A stretch of 64,000 bases of DNA from assembly GCA_963693365.1 (NCBI GenBank), contig CAVNZM010000018.1, positions 429,861 through 493,860 on the forward strand, in the 5' to 3' direction. The notes below the pieces were generated by a model, which did not search any database, was not told where the DNA came from, and worked only from the letters and a program-made list of their open reading frames with translations. The stretch is from Amoebidium appalachense. Lineage: Eukaryota; Protista; Ichthyosporea. Below are positions 63,199 through 64,000 of this stretch, piece by piece. Numbering within the stretch: the stretch's first letter is position 1; each line of letters begins with the position of its first letter. The translations under genes were made by a program, and so were the position numbers.

Positions 63199-63408
63199 AC
63201 CCAGGTTGTAGCGGTAGTAGAGGTAGCGCAGCAGGGTGGTCGAGGTCAGGCCCCAGCCGCCCAGGTCGATGATGGCACCCACAGGTCACCCAATCTTGCA
63301 CTTGAAGATGGTGCCTCCCCGGCGGAAGGAGTGGGTGCCATACACAGGGGCGTACTCACCAATGGCCTCGAGGTCACGCTTGAGCTGCTTGCTGAATGTG
63401 GCCGCATC
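63199..63408 (-). mobile_element. Exon encoding the C-terminal catalytic core of a tyrosine recombinase (Crypton-like), with one in-frame TGA; the gene continues past the right edge
   Basis: ctgcag|DAATFSKQLKRDLEAIGEYAPVYGTHSFRRGGTIFKCKIG*PVGAIIDLGGWGLTSTTLLRYLYYRYNLG. HxxR at 63313-63333, GGW, and the putative nucleophile Tyr at 63223-63225. A pyrimidine-rich acceptor lies upstream. Confidence 0.85.
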
Positions 63409-63659
63409 CTGCAGGGGGCCAGAAATAGAGAGGGGGACCAAATCTGCTGGTCATTATTGATGCTGAACAAACAATCGTACCACTACCACATGTGTGTGAA
63501 TAATTGTTGCAATGAAACCGTTGCTACCCCCCCCCCCCCCCTCCAAGAACACCCTTTATACTATGGGAAAGAACATGCTTAAGAGAATGGGCTTTAGAGG
63601 CCGAAGAGACATGCACACAGAAAGAGAGGGGGGGGGGGGGGGAGAGAGAGACAGACACA

Positions 63660-63716
<57 letters not shown>

Positions 63717-63769
63717 GGAGGGGGAGAGAGAGGGGGGAGGGAAGGGGGAGGGAGAGAAAGAGGGGAAGG

Positions 63770-63841
63770 GGGGCAAGCTTCGGAAGGGAGGGGAGGGGGG
63801 GGGGGAGGGGGAGACATACCAGAGAGAGAGAGAGGGAAAGG

Positions 63842-63911
<70 letters not shown>

Positions 63912-63990
63912 GGGGGGCAAGCTTCGGAAGGGGGAGGGGAGGGGGGGAGGGGGGGGGGAGGGGGAGACATACCAGAGAGAGAGAGAGGGA
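63770..63990. repeat. Local ~140-bp duplication within a purine-rich intron
   Basis: gggggcaagcttcggaaggg...ggagacataccagagagag occurs twice. Confidence 0.85.
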
Positions 63991-64000
63991 GAGGGAGTGG

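Overview
This is eukaryotic nuclear DNA. It is intron-rich with GT-AG introns, many acceptors have CTAAC-type branch points, and the introns are filled with (CA/GT)n, (CT/AG)n and poly-C/G tracts, so most ORFs in the supplied track are repeat artefacts. Exons were joined by hand with phase checks. Six host genes result: a tandem calponin-homology protein (-, runs off the left edge), a KLHDC10-like kelch/BC-box protein (+), an MDR-family NADPH quinone oxidoreductase (-), an F-box/WD40/UIM protein of Pof10/Ufo1 architecture (+), an SLC35F1/2-like transporter (-) and an arylamine N-acetyltransferase (+). The animal-type KLHDC10 alongside a fungal-type F-box protein suggests a unicellular opisthokont (inference). 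There are three degenerate non-LTR retrotransposon pieces and an orphan spliced pseudogene. The most notable locus is at the right edge and is missed by the ORF track. It is a minus-strand exon encoding a tyrosine-recombinase catalytic core (YGTHSFRRGG...GGW...LLRY, Crypton-like, one in-frame TGA). Four phase-compatible exons encoding tandem PHD-type fingers follow it, and their stop codon sits in a 6 x 41-bp CCAAT-rich tandem array. Several conserved genes have 1-2 nt frame breaks at short homopolymers, most likely assembly errors. All family assignments come from motif recognition, with no database search.
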